Source of the DNA: a bacterium
GTDB taxonomy: Bacteria > JACRDZ01 > JAQUKH01
Length of the DNA stretch: 64,000 bases
NCBI GenBank assembly: GCA_028719205.1
Contig: JAQUKH010000002.1
Coordinates: forward strand, 96,828 to 160,827
Reading direction: 5' to 3'
Within the stretch, counting starts at the first letter, position 1; every line of letters starts with the position of its first letter. Below are positions 1 to 10,070 of this stretch, piece after piece. A program made the translations under genes and the position numbers. The notes below the pieces were generated by a model, which did no database searches, was not told the origin of the DNA, and saw only the letters and a list, made by a program, of their open reading frames with translations.

Positions 1-953
1 ATTTCTTTTTCAAGAGTCTGATCTGTGAACACACACAGGCTGCCGATGTTCTTTCCTTCATAATCCCTGAGGACGGAATTTTTGATCTCAAGAGGAACAG
101 AATGCCCATTTTCTGTTTGGATAAGCATTTCTTTTTTTGATTCCTTTTCCCCCATTGTAAAAAAAATATCTTCCCCAAGCTTCTTAATAGCAGGAATGGA
201 GAGTATGGGTTTTCCTTCAAGTTTTTGAGAGTCCAATTCCAGGATTTTTTCCGCGGTCTTATTAAATTTTGTAATAATTCCATTATTGTCAATTACAATT
301 AAACCATTTGTAATTGATTGAAGAATGTGGTTGTAATATTCATTTAAGTTTTTTAATTTATCATTAGTTTCATGAAGCGCGTAAGTTGCCTTGTTAATTT
401 CCTTTTCCAGGATTTCTTTGTCATGTTCAGATTGAACAAGCAAAACTTGTTTTTTCCTAATCTCCTGGGATTGAAAACTGCTGGAAAGCGCTATTATATA
501 AAAAAACGGAAAACGAATGAGGAAACCCGGGTTAAGCAGGTATTGGATCGAGCCTTGGCTTTTAAATACCATCATGCCGTAAATCGCGCATGCCACAGTG
601 GCAACGATCAAAGTGGCATATGTGTTTTGTCCGATCGCCGCCATCAGAATTGCCAGAAAATAAATAAGGTAGAAGTCGCTATCCATTCCTCCTGTGTAAT
701 AAATAGCCAGTGAAGCAAATAATGTATCACTGATAAAGATCGAATAGACTACCCAAGGTTTTTCGAATGTCGCATCGTCAATGAAGTTCAGCATAAAGCC
801 GCTTAAACAATAAGCTATGCAAATTATAGCTATAAAAGGCGAATCAAAAATTAACTTCTGGTTTTGGACAAAAAGCAGGAGGACCACAAAGACTATCATC
901 CAGCGAAGGAGAATAAATATGGTTTTCTTAGTGTAGTTTGTGCTGATCTGCAT
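1..953 (-). CDS. Membrane-anchored PAS-domain sensor protein (N-terminal ~317 aa; the C-terminal output domain lies beyond the window start)
   Basis: Own translation of the minus strand: ATG at 953-951 (MQISTNYTKKTIFILLRW...), and the frame stays open to position 1. Several hydrophobic helices are followed by a PAS-like segment (ITNGLIVIDNNGIITKFNKTAEKILELD). It is absent from the ORF track because it runs off the window edge; plus-strand ORF 372..713 is its antisense. Confidence 0.55.
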   Translation of the reverse strand, partial: MQISTNYTKKTIFILLRWMIVFVVLLLFVQNQKLIFDSPFIAIICIAYCLSGFMLNFIDDATFEKPWVVYSIFISDTLFASLAIYYTGGMDSDFYLIYFLAILMAAIGQNTYATLIVATVACAIYGMMVFKSQGSIQYLLNPGFLIRFPFFYIIALSSSFQSQEIRKKQVLLVQSEHDKEILEKEINKATYALHETNDKLKNLNEYYNHILQSITNGLIVIDNNGIITKFNKTAEKILELDSQKLEGKPILSIPAIKKLGEDIFFTMGEKESKKEMLIQTENGHSVPLEIKNSVLRDYEGKNIGSLCVFTDQTLEKE

Positions 954-1004
954 AATTAGCAACTATATCGGCAGTTTGTCGAAAAATATATATATAAAAA
1001 ACAG

Positions 1005-2432
1005 TTATAGATCAAATATTTTTCCCGGATTTAAAATATTTTCAGGGTCAAACGTTTTTTTGATGTTTTTTAAAACATCTAAGACCGGATGGCCTATGTT
1101 TAAAGGCAGATACGGTTTTTTATAAAATCCGATCCCGTGTTCACCAGATATGCTTCCTCCAAGCGATATTACATTCGTGAATATTTCTTTCAATATTTGA
1201 GGATGGATCTCGTTCCATTTTCCGTCTTCCATATTTTTTTTCAGAATATTAAGATGGATATTCCCGTCGCCGGCATGCCCGAAACATACTATTTCTATTT
1301 TATATTTTTTTGATATTTCTTTGACTTTTCTCAACATCTTTGGTATTTCAATTCGCGGCACAACAGTATCTTCAATATCAATAACCGCGCTTTCCGCCTT
1401 AAGGCTGTCGAATAACCGCCTTCTTGCTTCCCATAAACGCTCCTGTTCGGAAGGGCTTTCAGCTACTAAAACATCAACAGCGCCATTTTCAAGGCAAATA
1501 TTCCCAAGGCTTTCGTATTGTGAGGACAGGCCTTCTTTTTTTATCCCGTCTAATTCTATAAGCAAATAAGCCTCAGCCTTTGGATAAGGAAATTTTTTCT
1601 GCAGAAACTTTTCAGAATACAGGAAACCGTCTTTTTCCACGAATTCAATGGCAGAAGGAAGGATTTTTGCCTTTATTATTTCTGAAACACACATAGTTGC
1701 CTTTTCCATGTCGTCAAAGGGAACCATTAACGCGACGCGTTCTTTCGGCAGGGAAAGAAGTTTTAAAGTGATTTTTGTAATAATTCCAAGTGTTCCCTCG
1801 GATCCGGTCAAAAGCCCGATCAAGTCGTATCCCGCGACATTTTTTATAAGTTTACCGCCGAGAGACACGATCACGCCGCTTGGCAGTACGGCCTCAAGCC
1901 CGCATATATAGTCACGGGTAATACCGTATTTGACCGCGCGGGGGCCGCCGGCATTTTCGGCTACATTCCCGCCGATGCTGCAACTGTCAAGGCTTGCAGG
2001 GTCAACCGGGTAAAACAGATCCTCTTTTTGAACCTCTTTATGCAAATTTCCGGTTATAACTCCGGGTTCGGTTGTTACCATAAGATTACCGGAATCTATT
2101 TCAAGGATCCTGTTCATTTTTTCAAGGCTGAGGACAATTCCGCCTTGTACCGGAACCGCGCCGCCGGTTAAACCGGTCCCCAGTCCGCGGGGCGTGACAG
2201 GGAATCTTTTCTCATTGGCTAAAATAAGTATTTTTGAAATTTCTTCCGCAGAGGAAGGCTTAACCACAGCCTCAGGAAAATATTTTTTTTCATGTATCTC
2301 GTCATGGCTGTATTTTTCCAGATCTTCTTTTCCTGATAAAATATTCGCGCTTCCACAAATCTTCTGCAAATCTGTTATTAATTTTTCATTCATGGCTAGA
2401 ATTTTATCATGGATCTTCAAGATTATTATCAA
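1005..2432 (-). CDS. FAD-linked oxidase (GlcD / D-lactate dehydrogenase-like, FAD-binding PCMH fold)
   Basis: Family-typical motifs: PRGLGTGLTGGAVP, GPRAVKYGITRDY, C-terminal GGSISGEHGIGF. The true start may be the internal Met at 2393 (MNEKLITDL). Confidence 0.8.
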   Translation of the reverse strand: MIIILKIHDKILAMNEKLITDLQKICGSANILSGKEDLEKYSHDEIHEKKYFPEAVVKPSSAEEISKILILANEKRFPVTPRGLGTGLTGGAVPVQGGIVLSLEKMNRILEIDSGNLMVTTEPGVITGNLHKEVQKEDLFYPVDPASLDSCSIGGNVAENAGGPRAVKYGITRDYICGLEAVLPSGVIVSLGGKLIKNVAGYDLIGLLTGSEGTLGIITKITLKLLSLPKERVALMVPFDDMEKATMCVSEIIKAKILPSAIEFVEKDGFLYSEKFLQKKFPYPKAEAYLLIELDGIKKEGLSSQYESLGNICLENGAVDVLVAESPSEQERLWEARRRLFDSLKAESAVIDIEDTVVPRIEIPKMLRKVKEISKKYKIEIVCFGHAGDGNIHLNILKKNMEDGKWNEIHPQILKEIFTNVISLGGSISGEHGIGFYKKPYLPLNIGHPVLDVLKNIKKTFDPENILNPGKIFDL

Positions 2433-2461
2433 TAAAAATAAATTTTCATTGGCAGGAATTT

Positions 2462-3490
2462 TTATCCCTCATTTTTTGATAATTTACGCTCAGAGTATTT
2501 TCCCTTTATTTTTGCAAGCGACTCTTTAGCGTAATATTGAACACCTGTATCTTTATCTTTTAATACAGCAAGGAGCGGTTCGATAGCGCGGGGGTCTCCT
2601 ATTTCACCCAGCATTTCCGCCGCTTTTCGTTTGACAATATTATTTTTATCATTCAATGCCGCGATGAGAGGTTCGACCGCGCGTTTATCTCCCAAACTTC
2701 CCAGGGCTTTTACCGCTTTCAACCGGATTCCTGTATCTTCATCCTTTAAGGTGAGCATTAAAGGCTCGAGGGCGTTATTATCACCGATCTTTCCAAGCGC
2801 TTCTATGCACCCTCTTTTTATGCCAAGATCTTCATTGCTGAGAGCGGCAATAAGATTTTTAACAGCTGGTTTGCCTATATCAGCAAGTGCTTTTATCGCG
2901 AGGTTTTGTACGTCAGCATTTTTATCCTTTAACGCGGAGATAAGAGGATCAATGCCGTACATATATTGTATTATTTCAAACAATTTTGACACGAAAGAAT
3001 CCGAAGAGTAAAATGCCCGGCTAAATGGTGCCTGGCAGGGTTTAATGGGCCTATAGGTAATTTCTGTAAGAGAAGGATTATCAATATGTGTTTCAAACTT
3101 CTTATCAATAACCGGGAATTTTTGGGATTCCAAAGATAATTTACCTGCCAGATAAACACCCGTATATAGGTTTCCGCCTGGATAATAGTAAATTCCCTCC
3201 GCGTTTCCTGTGATTTTTATTTTTAGAATAACATCACAATCTTTAGCGTCGGACAGTACAACTTCAGCATCCGCGTATCTAAAAAGGTTTTTTATCAGGG
3301 CCTCTACAGGTAAAGAAATTTCCTCGGGTTTGCAATTATCATAATACTGTTCAATCTCCACCCCGACTTTTTTCAGAGAACTGGCATAATAAATGCTTTT
3401 CTGTTTTTGCCCGGCGGAAACATTTGGAATGCAAAAAAATACAGCCAGGCAAAAAGAAAAACATAAAATCTCACACCGGTATTTTCTCAT
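2462..3490 (-). CDS. Secreted or membrane-anchored protein: N-terminal conserved domain of unknown function plus PBS-lyase-type HEAT repeats (paralog A)
   Basis: Start set at Met12 (ATG 3490) because AGGAGG lies 6-7 nt upstream. A hydrophobic signal/anchor segment is followed by repeated DxNxxVRxxAxxALGxIGDxRAxEPLI HEAT-like units. Paralogous to 7081..8106. Confidence 0.7.
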   Translation of the reverse strand: MRKYRCEILCFSFCLAVFFCIPNVSAGQKQKSIYYASSLKKVGVEIEQYYDNCKPEEISLPVEALIKNLFRYADAEVVLSDAKDCDVILKIKITGNAEGIYYYPGGNLYTGVYLAGKLSLESQKFPVIDKKFETHIDNPSLTEITYRPIKPCQAPFSRAFYSSDSFVSKLFEIIQYMYGIDPLISALKDKNADVQNLAIKALADIGKPAVKNLIAALSNEDLGIKRGCIEALGKIGDNNALEPLMLTLKDEDTGIRLKAVKALGSLGDKRAVEPLIAALNDKNNIVKRKAAEMLGEIGDPRAIEPLLAVLKDKDTGVQYYAKESLAKIKGKYSERKLSKNEG

Positions 3491-3625
3491 TAAAAAACGC
3501 CTCCTACTAAAAATATATGCCAAAATAGATTAGTTGTATAACATAAAAGAATAGATTTGTCGACAAATAAGTAAAAAAGTTATAAAATGAACCTTAATTT
3601 GATATAATTCTGAAAGGATTAAATT

Positions 3626-5350
3626 ATGGAAAACAAATTAATAAAAAATATTTTAGCCTCAGATGTTGTTTGCGTTTCTCCTGATACATATTTATCTGAT
3701 GTAGTTTTACTTATGAGGAAAAAGAACATCAGCTGTGTAGTTATAACCCGGGATAAAAAACCTATAGGGATTTTTACAGAGAGGGATATGGTCAGGATAT
3801 TATGTAAAAATACCGATCTCGGAAAAATAAAAATAGAAAAAATTATGTCAAGATCGTTAGTAGCGATCAAAAAGGATATCAATATTTATGAATTATACGA
3901 CCTTTTAATAAATAATAATATACGGCATCTTGTTGTGGTTGATGATGATAATAACACCGTCGGAATAATAACCCAGACAGATATTATCAGCAATCTGGGG
4001 CTTGAATATTTTTTTGACATTAAGGATATATCAAAAATAATGACAAAAAATTTAACAACTGTTACGGAAAAATGCCTGCTGCCGGATATAATTTCAAATA
4101 TGGCTGATCATTCTTTCAGCTGTATAATTGTGGAAAGGAAAAAGAAGCCTATCGGCATTTTTACCGAACGCGATGTTGTGGACCTTTATAACAGGGGGGT
4201 TGACTTAAAGACCTTAACAGTTGATAAAGTTATGAGTTCTCCGGTAATAACGGTCAACGCCAAAGTTCCGCTTTACAGGGCGGTTAAAACAATGAATAAT
4301 AACAAGATCCGGAGGCTGATAGTAGTTGACGATAAAGGCATTATTACCGGTTTGATTACCCAATATGATATTGTTAAAGGGCTTGAGGCAAAATATATCG
4401 AGTTTTTGAAAGATATTATTAACCAGAAAGAAAAAATACTGGAAGAAACGGAAAATGACCTTATCGAAAAAACAGCATATCTTGAGAATATCCTGTCTTC
4501 TTCAACAAATATGGCCATTATTGCCTCTCATTTAGATTTTAAAATATTATATTGCAATCCAACGGCTGAGAATATTTTCGGTTACAATTTTGAAAATATT
4601 TCTAAAACAAACCTTAAAAAAATTCTCGAAAAAGAAAATTTGGAGAAAGTACGGTTTAACCGCGCGATGAAACTGATCGAAAATAAGGGTGATTATGATT
4701 TTATGATCGAGCAGCAAAGGAAAGATGGCAGCTATTACATAGAATCCAGGCTTTCAGGTATCTGGGACAAAAGGAACAGGCTGATCGGATATGTGCTAAT
4801 ATGCAGGGATATTACCGAGCGCAAGAGGTCGGAACAGCGCCTGGAACATATGGCGCATTTTGACCTGTTGACTGATATTCCTAACCGGGTATTATTTTTT
4901 GACAGGTTAAATCACGCGATTGTCGAAGCGAACCGCGAGAAGGTTATGGTAGGGCTTCTCTTCATAGATCTGGATGGATTTAAAAATATCAATGACAGCA
5001 TGGGGCATCATATAGGAGATATGGTGTTAAAGACCGCGGCAATGCAATTAAAGAAATGTGTACGCAAATCTGATACGGTGGCCAGGATAAGCGGTGATGA
5101 ATTCGCAATTGTTCTTCATAAAATTAAAAGCAAAAAAGATTCGGAATTTGTCGCCAAAAAGATCTTAAATATTTTTTCAAAACCGTTTAATATTGAAAAG
5201 CATAAATTATCTATCAGTGTAAGTATTGGTATCAGCCTGCAGCGCCCTGATGAGGAAGGCTCGGAGAAAAAACTTTTGAATGATGCTGATACAGCTATGT
5301 ATTACGTAAAAGAGCAGGGGAAAAATAGCTTTAAATTTTTTGAGGAGTAA
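3626..5350 (+). CDS. Diguanylate-cyclase-type signalling protein: 4x CBS, PAS, GGDEF (motif reads SGDEF)
   Basis: Two CBS pairs (residues ~1-250), a PAS region and a C-terminal GGDEF domain (FIDLDGFKNINDSMGHHIGD ... RISGDEFAIVL). Confidence 0.8.
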   Translation: MENKLIKNILASDVVCVSPDTYLSDVVLLMRKKNISCVVITRDKKPIGIFTERDMVRILCKNTDLGKIKIEKIMSRSLVAIKKDINIYELYDLLINNNIRHLVVVDDDNNTVGIITQTDIISNLGLEYFFDIKDISKIMTKNLTTVTEKCLLPDIISNMADHSFSCIIVERKKKPIGIFTERDVVDLYNRGVDLKTLTVDKVMSSPVITVNAKVPLYRAVKTMNNNKIRRLIVVDDKGIITGLITQYDIVKGLEAKYIEFLKDIINQKEKILEETENDLIEKTAYLENILSSSTNMAIIASHLDFKILYCNPTAENIFGYNFENISKTNLKKILEKENLEKVRFNRAMKLIENKGDYDFMIEQQRKDGSYYIESRLSGIWDKRNRLIGYVLICRDITERKRSEQRLEHMAHFDLLTDIPNRVLFFDRLNHAIVEANREKVMVGLLFIDLDGFKNINDSMGHHIGDMVLKTAAMQLKKCVRKSDTVARISGDEFAIVLHKIKSKKDSEFVAKKILNIFSKPFNIEKHKLSISVSIGISLQRPDEEGSEKKLLNDADTAMYYVKEQGKNSFKFFEE

Positions 5351-5355
5351 GAACA

Positions 5356-7077
5356 ATGGTAATAAACAGATTAACATCCCCCTTCAGGAATACCGTGCGC
5401 CTGCGGTATATCTTAAAAGTTTTTTTAAGGCATGGATTCAGGGATTTTATCGGTAAACTTAATCTGGAAGGTTATCTTCCGTTAGCTAAAACCATGGAAT
5501 TTTTGAATGTATTCGGGGATGAAGAAAAAAAACTTACCGCCCCCGAGCGTTTCAGGATGGTTTTTGAAGAATTGGGGCCTACCTTCATAAAATTCGGCCA
5601 GTTGTTAAGTACCCGGCCTGATTATATTCCATCAGAATATATACAGGAATTTAAAAAACTGCAGGACAACGTCCCTCCTTTTTCTAAAGAGGAGGTCGAA
5701 AAAATTATAAAAAAGGAATATGGCCCTGATGCCTCTGTTGAACAAATTTTCAAAACTTTTGATTTTAAACCGGTTGCCGCGGCCTCTGTAGCTCAGGTGC
5801 ATATAGGAACTCTTATTTCAGGAGAAGAGGTGGCGGTTAAAATCCAGCGGCCTGATATAGAAGAAGTGATCCATCAGGATATTCGTATTTTATATCGCCT
5901 TGCCGGGCTGATCGAGCGGAATTTTGAAGAGAGCAGGCTTCTGGATCCTGTAGGTATTGTAGATGAATTTGAGAAAACTATTCTTAAAGAGCTGGATTTT
6001 ATAACAGAGGGATCAAGTATTGAAAAATTCAGGGCGAATTTTAAGGATTTTCCGGGTATTTATATCCCTAATGTATTTTGGGATTATACTACCCGCCGTA
6101 TTTTAGTGGTCGAAAGAGTTAATGGCCTTGAGCTGGATGAAGTGAAAAAAATAAAAGAAAAAGGCCACGACCCTAAAAAAATAGCGGACATTGGTTTAAA
6201 TTGTTTTTGTAAACAGATCATGGAAGATGGTTTTTTCCACGCGGACCCGCATCCGGGTAATTCCATGTTAATGGATGACGGCCGCATAGCGTTAATCGAT
6301 TTTGGTATTACAGGCTCTCTTGATAATGAAATGATGGAAAATATTGCCAATGTTTTTATCGGCTACAGCGAACACGATTATGAAAAGTTGGTTAAGACAT
6401 TCAGCAAGATGGGCATTACAAATGAAAACACGGATATTCCTGTTTTTAAACAGGATCTGAAGGATCTGAGCGAGCCTTTTTACGGACGCTCGCTTAAACA
6501 CATAAGTGTAAAGGAAATCTTCGATAAAATCACGCAAACCTGTCTTAAGCATAATATTAAACTTCCAAAGGATCTATTGCTGCTTTTTAAAACTTTTTTG
6601 CAGATAGAAGCTTTGGGCAGAGACCTTGACCCTGACAGCAGTGTTCTGGAAAAAGCAAAACCATACGCTTTACGGCTTTTAGATAGGGGCCATAACCCCA
6701 GGGTAGCAATAAAGAACTTTAAAAAAGACATGGCGGATTTATATTCATTAATGAAGGTAATTCCTGAAAATGTTAAGAACGTGCTTGTTCAATTAAGCAA
6801 AGGGAATCTGCGTTTTGAATTTATGCATCTCGGATTTGAAAAAATTAATATCGATATTGTGCGCGGAATTAACAGGATTACGATGGGTATAGTAATATCA
6901 GCTTCGATTATAGGTTCCGCTCTTGTTATTAGTTCCGGCACGGAAGTTTTACCGGTTACAATAACCGGTTTTGGTAAAGTTTCTCTTACCACTTTGATCG
7001 GCTTATTAGGTTTTACTATATCCACCTTGCTCAGTATTTGGCTGGTAATTTCTATTATCAGGTCTGATAAGCAATAA
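5356..7077 (+). CDS. ubiB: UbiB/ABC1-family atypical protein kinase with C-terminal TM helices
   Basis: FIKFGQLLSTRPDYIPSEYIQEFKKLQDNVPPF, AAASVAQVH, FHADPHPGN and LIDFG motifs typical of the ABC1/UbiB family. Confidence 0.85.
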   Translation: MVINRLTSPFRNTVRLRYILKVFLRHGFRDFIGKLNLEGYLPLAKTMEFLNVFGDEEKKLTAPERFRMVFEELGPTFIKFGQLLSTRPDYIPSEYIQEFKKLQDNVPPFSKEEVEKIIKKEYGPDASVEQIFKTFDFKPVAAASVAQVHIGTLISGEEVAVKIQRPDIEEVIHQDIRILYRLAGLIERNFEESRLLDPVGIVDEFEKTILKELDFITEGSSIEKFRANFKDFPGIYIPNVFWDYTTRRILVVERVNGLELDEVKKIKEKGHDPKKIADIGLNCFCKQIMEDGFFHADPHPGNSMLMDDGRIALIDFGITGSLDNEMMENIANVFIGYSEHDYEKLVKTFSKMGITNENTDIPVFKQDLKDLSEPFYGRSLKHISVKEIFDKITQTCLKHNIKLPKDLLLLFKTFLQIEALGRDLDPDSSVLEKAKPYALRLLDRGHNPRVAIKNFKKDMADLYSLMKVIPENVKNVLVQLSKGNLRFEFMHLGFEKINIDIVRGINRITMGIVISASIIGSALVISSGTEVLPVTITGFGKVSLTTLIGLLGFTISTLLSIWLVISIIRSDKQ

Positions 7078-7080
7078 CTG

Positions 7081-8106
7081 CTATTTTTCTTCAATCTTTG
7101 ACAGCCTGTTAAGTTTTTTACCATTTATCCTTATCAGAGATTCTTTCGCGTAAGACTGGATGCCGGGATCATTATCTTTCATTGCTGCCATAAGCGGTTC
7201 GATCGAACGGGTATCTCCAATTTCGCCTAATGATCTCGCCGCCTGCGATTTGACTATTTTATTCATGTCTTTAAGCGCGGAGATCAGGGGTTCAATCGCG
7301 CGCTTATTCCCTAATTTTCCCAACGCTTTCGCGGCCCTCCACCGTATACCAGGATCATCTTCTTTAAGCGCGAGAATAATATCTTCAATCGCGTAACTAT
7401 CGCCCAGTTTTCCGAGAGCGTCTATGCTGCCTCTCCTGATATAAAGATTTTCATTATACATCGCGGCAATAAGGGGATCAATAGCCGGTTTACCTATATT
7501 AACAAGCGCTTCTATTGCCATGTTTTGTATATCAGTATTTTCATCCTTTAATGCGGATATTATAGGATTAATACCATAGGTATCGTAGATTATTTCCAGT
7601 AATTTAGATACAACTGAGCCTGATAAAAAAAACGCGCGGTCAAAAGGAGCGTCACACGGCCTGAGCGGATTCCAGGTAATACTTACGGGGGAGGGAGAAT
7701 TTATATACACATCAAATTTTTTTTCACTAACAGAGATCTTTTTGGATTCTAAAGAAATTTTACCCCAAAGATACGCGCCGGTGTAAAGGTAACCTTCAGG
7801 ATAATGATAAGCGCCCTCCGCCTTTCCTTCAATTATTATTTTGAGAACGGCATCATAATTTCCGGTGCCGGGCGGGATAGCATCAACTTCCGCGTATTTA
7901 AAAAGTTGTATCGCAATGTCTTCAATGGGTAAACGAATTTCGTCCGCGTATGGTTCGCAATTTTCATAGGACTGATTAACCACAATTTGTACTCTGTTCA
8001 AAGAATTGCCGGGAAAGTCCGGTTTATGATCTTGGGCATAAATAACTTGAATAAAAAAAATTATAAAAATACCACAGCATAACAGGCTATAAATATTTCT
8101 TTTCAT
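7081..8106 (-). CDS. Secreted protein: N-terminal conserved domain of unknown function plus PBS-lyase-type HEAT repeats (paralog B)
   Basis: Signal peptide (MKRNIYSLLCCGIFIIFFIQVIYAQ). Same domain order as 2462..3490: shared motifs YENCxPY, YxYPxGxLYTGxYLxGKxSLES and PCxAPFxRAF, followed by HEAT repeats. Confidence 0.7.
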   Translation of the reverse strand: MKRNIYSLLCCGIFIIFFIQVIYAQDHKPDFPGNSLNRVQIVVNQSYENCEPYADEIRLPIEDIAIQLFKYAEVDAIPPGTGNYDAVLKIIIEGKAEGAYHYPEGYLYTGAYLWGKISLESKKISVSEKKFDVYINSPSPVSITWNPLRPCDAPFDRAFFLSGSVVSKLLEIIYDTYGINPIISALKDENTDIQNMAIEALVNIGKPAIDPLIAAMYNENLYIRRGSIDALGKLGDSYAIEDIILALKEDDPGIRWRAAKALGKLGNKRAIEPLISALKDMNKIVKSQAARSLGEIGDTRSIEPLMAAMKDNDPGIQSYAKESLIRINGKKLNRLSKIEEK

Positions 8107-8257
8107 AATTTATACCCCCTTGTTTAGGGTATATGCCAAAATATTTTGGATGTAATACAAAATAATTAATAAAGGAATTGAAACAAATAGTATTTTATGA
8201 GAGAATATTCCTAATAAACTTACTTTTATTATGGTTTTTGATTTATAATAAAAACAA

Positions 8258-8647
8258 ATGGAACCTTTAATTCCCGGGAAAAAAATAGCTAAAAGGATCA
8301 AAAGATCATTTACCGCAAGGTTTCGGGTCCTTACATCAAACTTTGAAGACTCTACCAAGTGGAATATTGTTTCTATAATAGATTTGAGTTCAAGCGGTGT
8401 TTTTTTTAAACATAATGAGGACATACCCATAGGTTCAGCAATAGAGTTAAATATTTCTCTGCCATTTGTTAACAGGCCGGCCCACTGTCTGGCCCGGGTA
8501 TGCCGGGTAGATGATGACAAGCAATTTAAAGCAGGGCTAAAAAAGATACCTGTTTATGGAATAGCCGCTCCTTTTGAAATAATGGATGAGGATATAAAAG
8601 AGGCTATAGATAATTTCGCGGAAAAACTTACCCTGATGCAAAAGTAA
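8258..8647 (+). CDS. Stand-alone PilZ-domain protein (putative c-di-GMP receptor)
   Basis: 129 aa with an N-terminal Arg-rich segment (KRIKRSFTARFR) and a DxSxxG motif (IDLSSSGVFF), as expected for PilZ. The overlapping minus ORF 8110..8520 looks non-coding. Confidence 0.55.
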   Translation: MEPLIPGKKIAKRIKRSFTARFRVLTSNFEDSTKWNIVSIIDLSSSGVFFKHNEDIPIGSAIELNISLPFVNRPAHCLARVCRVDDDKQFKAGLKKIPVYGIAAPFEIMDEDIKEAIDNFAEKLTLMQK

Positions 8648-8751
8648 AAATGGATAAACTTGAGTTAAGCGATCCTCGCCAAGTCCTTTCTTTATTTTGA
8701 TAACCTCTTTTTATATAATTATAGTACAAAAAATGCAGAGCAGAACAATCT

Positions 8752-9987
8752 ATGGACAGGATTAAGAAACTTGGAAACCGGACCTTTTCATCGCTGAAGA
8801 TACGCAATTATCGCCTGTATTTTATCGGCCAGGCTGTTTCCCTGTCCGGAACATGGATGCAGACTATCGGTCAATCCTGGCTGGTGCTGAAAATTACCCA
8901 TTCAGGTACAGCGCTGGGATTAGTGACCGCGCTTCAATTTTTGCCGCTATTATTCCTGGCTCCATTGGGCGGAGTAATGGCAGACCGGTTTTCTAAACGT
9001 AAATTACTTTTCATTACCCAATCAGTATCAGGGGTATTAGCGTTAATTCTTGGCCTGCTGGTTGCTTTTGACGCGGTACAGCTTTGGATGATATACATGC
9101 TCGCGCTGGCTTTGGGCCTGGTAAATGCCGTTGATAATCCAACCCGCCAGACGTTTATAATGGAAATGGTCGGGAAGGAAGAACTGGTAAACGCAGTCTC
9201 ATTAAATTCCGCTCAGGTGAATTTATCCCGTGTTATCGGGCCGGCCATCGGCGGAATTCTGATCGCGACAATGGGCCTCGCATCCTGTTTCATTATTAAC
9301 GCTGTTTCTTTTGCGGCTGTTTTGTTAGCGTTGTATATGATGAAGCCGGAGCACCTGCATAAAACACAGCGTTCGGAGTATGTCAAAGGCCAGCTTAAAG
9401 AAGGCTTAAGATATGTTATGGCGACACCTGTACTGAGAAATACCTTAATTATGATGGTGATAATCGGTACTCTTTCATATGAATTTATAGTGATCCTTCC
9501 TTTGCTCGCTCAATTTACTTTCCACGGTGATGCCGGCAGTTACGCCGCATTGACCGCGGCAATGGGTGTGGGGTCAGTCGCCGGAGGATTGTTTTCAGCT
9601 AACCGCCGGAATATCGACGCGCACCTTTTGGTTAAGGCCGCGCTTTTGTTTGGTTTGACAATGTTAATAACCGCTGTTATGCCTACTTTTATTCTGGCAA
9701 TGATATCCTTAGTTTTTGTCGGTATTTTTTCGATCAATTTTTTGTCGTTATGCAATGTGATTTTGCAAATGAAAAGTTCTCCAGAAATGCGCGGCAGGGT
9801 CATGGCGTTATGGACCGTGGCGTTTTTGGGAACTACTCCGATCGGCGGCCCGATAATCGGCTGGATCGGCCAGCATGCCGACCCGCGATGGGGCCTTGCG
9901 ACGGGGGGTTGTGCGGCTATTTTTGCCGCGGGGTATGGGCTTGTAACGCTTGGGAAAGAACGCTACCATAAAATTATTAATAAATAA
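8752..9987 (+). CDS. MFS transporter (12 TM)
   Basis: Hydropathy and MFS signatures (GGVMADRFSKRK loop between TM2 and TM3). Confidence 0.8.
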   Translation: MDRIKKLGNRTFSSLKIRNYRLYFIGQAVSLSGTWMQTIGQSWLVLKITHSGTALGLVTALQFLPLLFLAPLGGVMADRFSKRKLLFITQSVSGVLALILGLLVAFDAVQLWMIYMLALALGLVNAVDNPTRQTFIMEMVGKEELVNAVSLNSAQVNLSRVIGPAIGGILIATMGLASCFIINAVSFAAVLLALYMMKPEHLHKTQRSEYVKGQLKEGLRYVMATPVLRNTLIMMVIIGTLSYEFIVILPLLAQFTFHGDAGSYAALTAAMGVGSVAGGLFSANRRNIDAHLLVKAALLFGLTMLITAVMPTFILAMISLVFVGIFSINFLSLCNVILQMKSSPEMRGRVMALWTVAFLGTTPIGGPIIGWIGQHADPRWGLATGGCAAIFAAGYGLVTLGKERYHKIINK

Positions 9988-10070
9988 TATTTGTAGGGGA
10001 ACGGCTTGCTGTGCCCTAATATTTTAAAAATAAATAGAATGTTGAAATAAAATGTAGTAAAATATAAATT

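Noticed and set aside
372-713. Plus-strand ORF of 113 aa
   Set aside because: It is antisense to the much longer open minus-strand frame encoding a TM-PAS sensor (1..953). It has no RBS and the peptide is not protein-like.
8110-8520. Minus-strand ORF of 136 aa overlapping the PilZ gene
   Set aside because: The plus-strand frame has clear PilZ motifs; the minus frame has no recognisable features. It is probably the 5' UTR or promoter region of the HEAT paralog B.
9540-9971. ORFs 9540..9803 (-) and 9750..9971 (+) inside the MFS gene
   Set aside because: Both are alternative frames of a confidently assigned transporter gene. The plus one is Gly/Arg/Cys-rich frame noise from a GC-rich segment.
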